DNA from: a virus
Lineage: Duplodnaviria; Heunggongvirae; Uroviricota; Caudoviricetes
Length of the DNA: 12,295 nucleotides
Virus record (IMG/VR): IMGVR_UViG_2529292735_000007
Strand: one strand, 5' to 3'
The notes under the pieces are model-generated. The model made no database searches, was not told where the DNA came from, and was given only the letters and a program-made list of their open reading frames with translations. The translations under genes and the position numbers were made by a program. This document shows, in pieces, positions 7,690 to 12,295 of this stretch; position 1 is the stretch's first letter; each line of letters starts with the position of its first letter.

Positions 7690-7950
7690 ATGACAACTTT
7701 CACCGACAAAGAACTGATTAAAGAAATCAAAGAGCGCATAGGTAGCCTGGACGTGAGAGACAATATTGAACGCCGTGCTTATGAAATTGCTCTGGTATCG
7801 CTGGAAGCAGAGCCAGTAGCATGGATGCATGTAAATAACGGCATCGGAATACCAGCAATAACAATGAGTAAAGAGGTTGCAGAGAGTTGGTTATCAAAAG
7901 GCTGGTATGTCCAACCCTTACATCTAGCCCAGCCTGCATCAAAGCTATAG
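7690..7950 (+). CDS. hypothetical protein (86 aa), accessory-locus cargo gene 3, paralogous motif to gene 1
   Basis: ATG at 7690 with GAGGA 7 nt upstream; contains IALVSLEAEPVAW (compare IALTSLEAKPVAW in 6966..7397); followed by a terminator hairpin. Confidence 0.55.
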   Translation: MTTFTDKELIKEIKERIGSLDVRDNIERRAYEIALVSLEAEPVAWMHVNNGIGIPAITMSKEVAESWLSKGWYVQPLHLAQPASKL

Positions 7951-7960
7951 AAATGAGCCA

Positions 7961-7983
7961 AAACGCCCTCTTCCAGGGCGTTT
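7961..7983 (+). terminator. rho-independent terminator closing the accessory operon
   Basis: AAACGCCCT-cttcc-AGGGCGTTT hairpin followed by ATTTCAA; begins 11 nt after the stop at 7950. Confidence 0.5.
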
Positions 7984-7990
7984 ATTTCAA

Positions 7991-8017
7991 TGCACAATAG
8001 TGCACAAATTTGCACAA
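7991..8017. repeat. three direct repeats of TGCACAA at exact 10-bp phasing
   Basis: TGCACAA at 7991, 8001 and 8011 (tgcacaaTAGtgcacaaATTtgcacaa), one helical turn apart, followed by a T7 run; looks like a phased protein-binding array. Confidence 0.6.
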
Positions 8018-8029
8018 TTTTTTTGAACG

Positions 8030-8441
8030 ACTTTTTGCCCTTCCGGCCCGCGGGGCGACTGGATCCGTCAAGGATCCGTGCGTGCACAAAAAAACGCGTT
8101 TTTTCTGCGCGCAGGTGACGGGGGAACAGCCCGCGTTTCAGGGGGTAAATAGCGTTCCCTTAACGATGTCGCAGCGACACGACAGAATGGCCGTATTTCT
8201 CACGCTGAGCGTGAAAAATACGTGAGGGCTTTTGATTTGATGGGGTGAAAGGTAAGGCCGTCAAAATCGCACTGAGGCGGCGAGAACATGCAGTCAGCGC
8301 AGTGGGATTGCGTAAGAGTCTGACCGTCGATGATGGCAATAAGCAGGAAAGCGTCGTGAAATTATCTGACTGATACAGGAGCTGGAGAGTCGGGGCATAA
8401 ATTTTTTATGCCCCGGCGAAGCAGCAGACAAGCGAAGCGCG
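8030..8441. other. non-coding region downstream of portal gene Q; expected location of cos and packaging signals
   Basis: No credible ORF; contains GGATCCGT direct repeats (about 8062..8079), the perfect palindrome AAAAAACGCGTTTTTT (8089..8104) and a GCGGGG-containing stretch (about 8047..8056) only loosely similar to the P2/186 cohesive-end sequence as recalled; the exact cos site could not be identified. Confidence 0.3.
8392..8414. terminator. palindromic hairpin about 28 nt downstream of the Q stop (possible bidirectional terminator)
   Basis: GGGGCATAAA-ttt-TTTATGCCCC perfect inverted repeat; lacks a clean external U-tract on either strand, so the terminator call is tentative. Confidence 0.35.
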
Positions 8442-9461
8442 TCAGGATGTGGGCTGGGTGTCTAACAGTGCGTAAGGGTTAAAGCGGATCACCTCTTCGC
8501 CAAGCCAGTCATTGATGTGCTTCATGGCCTCCATGACGGGCATCAGCTCGTTAATTGCGTAAACCCGCGCGGCCTTCTCCACATCACCAAGCGCACTTTT
8601 TTCGCCCGGCATCGCCCCCATCAGTTGCGGCGGAACGCGGTGCGCAGCCAGCACATCATCACGGGATGCCGCCTTAACATTCATGAACTCATCTTTTGCG
8701 GTGATCTGCTGGAACGGCAAAATTTGCACCCCCTCTTTGCCCCCGTTGGGCGCATGAATGAGCACGTTTTTAAACGCACCACCACCACGTGCACCCTGTA
8801 GCGTTTCTTTCAGGGAGTCCATGCTTTCGCGGTTTACCTGCGCTGCACCGATGTAGATGATGCACCCGGCGTGGGATCCGTTGTCGTAATACAGTTTTCT
8901 GAACATGTCCGCCGAATGAGACAGGCTGGCCGAGAGTAATGCGCCGAGATATTCCGGCATGCCGTAGATTTCCTGGTTAATGTCAGGATTCATCAGGTGG
9001 CACACTTTGCCAGGGCGAAACTGAAACGCGTCCTTGCCATCCTGCACATACCACCATGATTCAAGATCGCTTCCGCGTCGCATGTATTTCGCCAGGGCGT
9101 GCCGTAATTTAAGCGGTTCGCCGAGCATATTACTCCGAAGCTCAAGGAATGCGTTACCGAACACAAAACAGTCCAGCGCCAGCGCCGAGAAATCCTGCCG
9201 GGAAAGCAGCGGGTGCGGGATGTAGCAACCGAGTAATACATTGCGCTTAAAGTAAAGCGCAGACTGATGCCAGGACGTTTGCCGGGCAGCTCTTGCCAGA
9301 CCGTACCAGTCCACCGGGGTTTCATACCACCGCCCGTTATCAGCACAGTACATATTGTCCAGCAGGTCATGCCCGGTCAGGCGATAAGGCCCATCAAATG
9401 TGAATGCACTGAGCGACGATTCATTCCTGAGCGCATCAGCGAGATCAATGCGTGAACTCAT
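8442..9461 (-). CDS. Q: portal protein (P2 gpQ-like), about 339 aa
   Basis: Long minus-strand ORF directly downstream of the terminase large subunit gene and divergent from scaffold/capsid genes, as in P2 (Q-P leftward, O-N rightward); size matches gpQ; start placed at the first ATG (9461..9459, MSSRIDLADAL...), whereas the track ORF extends to 9572 via a non-ATG start. Confidence 0.8.
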   Translation of the reverse strand: MSSRIDLADALRNESSLSAFTFDGPYRLTGHDLLDNMYCADNGRWYETPVDWYGLARAARQTSWHQSALYFKRNVLLGCYIPHPLLSRQDFSALALDCFVFGNAFLELRSNMLGEPLKLRHALAKYMRRGSDLESWWYVQDGKDAFQFRPGKVCHLMNPDINQEIYGMPEYLGALLSASLSHSADMFRKLYYDNGSHAGCIIYIGAAQVNRESMDSLKETLQGARGGGAFKNVLIHAPNGGKEGVQILPFQQITAKDEFMNVKAASRDDVLAAHRVPPQLMGAMPGEKSALGDVEKAARVYAINELMPVMEAMKHINDWLGEEVIRFNPYALLDTQPTS

Positions 9462-9486
9462 GCGCACTTTTTTATTTTTCTGCTCA

Positions 9487-11240
9487 TCAGAACTCCATAA
9501 CCGTGAAACGCTCGTTTTCTCCTTCGCCGCCAATTGGTTCGTTAATGACAGCAAGCATGGTTGCCCACGCAAGGTCGCCGTGGCTGATCCCCCTCGCGCG
9601 GTCCGTTTCGTAAGTGATAAAGCCGCCCGGTGTTTTCACCTTACGCACGGCGTTAAAGGCTGCGACCAGTTCGCGTTCGGCGCGATCGTATTCCCACCGC
9701 CCGGCACGCATTATTTGCAGCATTTTCAGTACCAGCGACCGTTTTGATGACAGCGTGAAGGTGTACGGAATAGCAGCAGGGAAAAACCGTTTCACTATCT
9801 GATAAACAGCCTCCCGTTCCCGCCCGTCACATCAATGCCGATGTGTTCCACGTTGTAGCGACACGTGAACTCTTCAATGACTCTGGCCTGTTCTTCAAAC
9901 TCCAGCCCCTGAACGCGTCGCGTCTCCACCGTTCGAAAACGGCCACCAGGAACAGCCGGAGGGACCACCACGGACACCGCGCCGCTGTCGCCGTTGCCAC
10001 TGCTGCCGTTTGCGTCATACCCAATCCATACCGGGCGATTCCCCATCGGGCGGGGAGCAAAAGGTTTCCAGTCTTTCCAGTCGTCGTATCCGTCAACACC
10101 GCAGCCAATCAGGATATTCAGGTTAAATGCCGATTCCCCTTCGCGGACAAACTCACACATATAGAGATTGAGGAACTCGTCTTCGGTGTTTTCATCACGA
10201 ATTTCGTCGATATCGGTGTGTTTCCAGCCGTGATTAACCACATCTTCCAGCGTGACAATTTGCCGCCACGTCCGGTCAGGGCAGATAAGCCCGTTATGCA
10301 GCGTTTTCCAGTCCACAGAAAAACGCTGGCGTTTATGCGTGGCCTTTTCTCGTTCCAGCGGTCGCCGTTCCAGTAGGCGTATGCCTCGTGCGTTTCGGTG
10401 GATGGCGTGGAGAAGTAGGTGCGCCGCAGTCCGCTGAGGGTTGCCATAGCGCCAGCCACCTTGCGCAGTTCAGCAAAGCGACTAACCCAGAAAAATTCAT
10501 CAAAATAAAAATTGCCCGTATAGGACTGTGCCGACGCAGCAGAAGTGCCGAGAAAATGCAGCTCTGCGCCGTTTGAGAGGATGATTTTATCGCCCCCTTT
10601 CAGCTCCACATCAACTTCAGCCGCGGCCTTCTGAATAATGCTTTTAAACTGGAACGCCTGACGACGCGACGCAGACAAAAAAATCTGGTTACGCTGGTAA
10701 GGTTGCGCCACATCGTCACGCAGCGCCATCAGCAGTGCTTCCTGTGCAAAATACCAGGTCGCCCCAATCTGTCGGGATTTCAGGATCATCCTGTTACGTA
10801 TCCCGGCTTCCCTGCAAAGGGTCAGGGCGTCAAACCAGCCCCGCTGATGCCACTCCAGCCTGCTGATGATTTTTTCCCGCAGTGCGGCAATCTTGTTCCG
10901 GCGTGAAATGATTTTTTAAGTTTTTTTCGCCCCGGCTTTTCTTTCCTGTGGCCGTCGCATCCGGCTGGTCATTATGCAGTTTTTTAAGCTGCCGGGTCAG
11001 CAGGTCTATTTCCTTGAAGTCACCACCTGTTTTATTCTGTTTTTCAGTAAGCTGGATGAGGCGCGCATCGATGGACTGCGTGACACGCTGCACGGGTGGC
11101 GTTTCATCCCACTGATCGCGTTTTTTCCACGCATAAATCGTGTTCGGGTTTATTCCCATCAGACGTGATATTTCTGCGGGCGGATAACCCTGCCAGTAAA
11201 GTTGTCGCGCACGCTGGCGCACAAAAGCGTCCTGAATCAT
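9487..11240 (-). pseudogene. P: terminase large subunit (P2 gpP-like) split into four reading frames by at least three frameshifts
   Basis: Four consecutive minus-strand ORFs (10830..11240, 10118..10789, 9795..10316, 9487..9795) together span about 588 codons; the N-terminal HTH (YWQGYPPAEISRLMGINPNTIYAWKK), ATPase-like core (LSNGAELHFLGTSAASAQSYTGNFYFDEFFW) and nuclease-like IGIDVTGG sit in different frames; junctions lie at homopolymer runs. Confidence 0.75.
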
Positions 11241-11401
11241 TGCTCCCCCTGAGTAATTACAGGAAGATTACCCGCGCGCGAAACCGTTCTCCTTAACCCC
11301 CTGTTCTGGCTGTTTTCTTACAACAAAAGCCCTTTGTATCAGCCTGTTACGCTTTGCCATCATGACTGAAGAACCAGTCAGAGGGGCAAAAACTATGGCT
11401 A

Positions 11402-12230
11402 ATGAAAAAGACATCCCGCAAAAAGTTTCGCGTGGCTGTCTCCGGATCAACTGTTGATGGACGCGAAATCAGCCCGGTACATCTGCGTGAAGCCGCCGAG
11501 AACTTCAACCCGGATGTTTACGCTGCCCGCGTGAACGTTGAGCACTATCTCTCGCCATGCCCGTCAAGCGAATTTTCCGCAATGGGCGATGTCACCGCAC
11601 TGAGTACGGAAGATATTACGGAAGGCCCGCTGGCCGGACGTACTGCGCTGTATGCAGAAATCGAACCGACCGAGCGCATGAAGCAGCTTGTCGCTGACGG
11701 CAAGAAAATCTATTCCAGTATCGAACTGCACCCGCAGTTCTCCGTTAACGGGCGCGCCTATCTGGTCGGGCTGGCGATGACCGACACCCGGCAAGCCTCG
11801 GGCACTGAGCGCCTGAAATTCACGGCACAGCAACGTCAGGCGGTGATGACGTTCAACAGTGTCCAGGGTGAGGCACCGCTTATTTCCGAAGCCATCGAGT
11901 CTGAAATCATCGAAATGGCAGAACAACGCCAGGAAGAAGGCACCCAGTGGTTTAACCGCGTAATGGGGATTATTGGTCGTGGCCGCAAAAGCGGATGACG
12001 CCAGTTTCTCCCGTATTCAGGAAGCGGTGGAAGGCGTCGCAACGTCACAGGCCGACATTATCGACCGTTTTAATGTGCTGGAAACCCGCCATCAGCAGGA
12101 CCGCCAGAAAATCACGTCACTGACCACAGAGCTGGCAGCACTGAAGGAAAAACTGCGCACGCAGGACGGCGATCCGCAGAACCGCTTCACCGCAACAGGT
12201 GCAGCCTCCGACCAGCTGGCTGACTTCTGA
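11402..12230 (+). pseudogene. O: capsid scaffold protein (P2 gpO-like), interrupted by a frameshift near 11990
   Basis: N-terminus MKKTSRKKFRVAVSGSTVDGREIS and internal YLVGLAMTD resemble P2 gpO as recalled (…FRIGVEGDTCDGRVIS…, …YLVGLAVTD…); the frame stops at 11998 and the homologous C-terminal part (AAKADDASFSRIQEAV…) continues in another frame to 12230; an ATG at 11395 with better Shine-Dalgarno spacing (GAGGGG) is out of frame, suggesting a second indel at the start. Confidence 0.7.
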
Positions 12231-12253
12231 TAAGACAAAGGAGCAAATTTTTT

Positions 12254-12295
12254 ATGAATCTGGTGATGTCAGATATTACCCGCAACAAGCTGGGT
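12254..12295 (+). CDS. 5' end of the next head gene (major capsid gpN expected by synteny), truncated by the window edge
   Basis: AAGGAG Shine-Dalgarno then ATG at 12254, 24 nt after the scaffold stop; only 14 codons visible, so identity rests on gene order alone. Confidence 0.35.
   Translation, partial: MNLVMSDITRNKLG

Noticed and set aside
8010-8225. 71-aa plus-strand ORF in the cos-proximal region
   Set aside because: No Shine-Dalgarno, implausible composition, and it lies in a repeat- and palindrome-rich non-coding region.
8442-9572. Portal ORF extended to 9572 as drawn in the six-frame track
   Set aside because: The extension begins at a non-ATG codon and overlaps the terminase C-terminal frame; the first ATG at 9461 gives a size matching gpQ, so the shorter model was preferred.
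11281-11400. P2 late-promoter activator dyad (TGT-N12-ACA) in the divergent P/O intergenic region
   Set aside because: Only imperfect candidates with wrong spacing (for example TGT…ACA with about 15 nt between) were found; not enough to call a promoter.
1-12295. tRNA or tmRNA gene, attachment site, integrase, CRISPR array, retron reverse transcriptase
   Set aside because: No cloverleaf-like sequence, no spacer-separated direct repeat array, and no ORF with integrase or reverse-transcriptase motifs was found by eye.

Overview
This window reads as a segment of a P2-like (Peduovirus-type) temperate phage or prophage from an enterobacterium, and its most interesting part is an accessory locus between the replication gene and the head genes. 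All coordinates were read by hand from the sequence and the supplied ORF track; no database search was run. Left to right: (1) a tightly packed plus-strand operon of small genes (32..1773) with translationally coupled ATGA overlaps, including a winged-helix protein and a protein with three HTH-like repeats; (2) a roughly 320 bp non-coding stretch (1774..2093) with hairpins and a terminator-like element; (3) two small genes and a 940-aa rolling-circle replication initiator of the P2 gpA / phiX174 gpA type (2769..5591); (4) an accessory locus (about 5538..7950) carrying a ParM/ParR type II (actin-like) partition cassette with parC-like palindromic repeats, plus three tightly packed small genes of unknown function, two of which share a near-identical motif; (5) a non-coding region with phased repeats and palindromes (7951..8441) where a cos site would be expected; (6) head genes in P2 order: portal Q (minus, intact), terminase large subunit P (minus, broken into four frames), scaffold O (plus, frameshifted) and the first codons of the next gene. 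The accessory locus sits where P2 itself carries orf91/tin/old, a known variable locus for anti-phage cargo. No tRNA, rRNA, CRISPR array, integrase or transposase was recognised.
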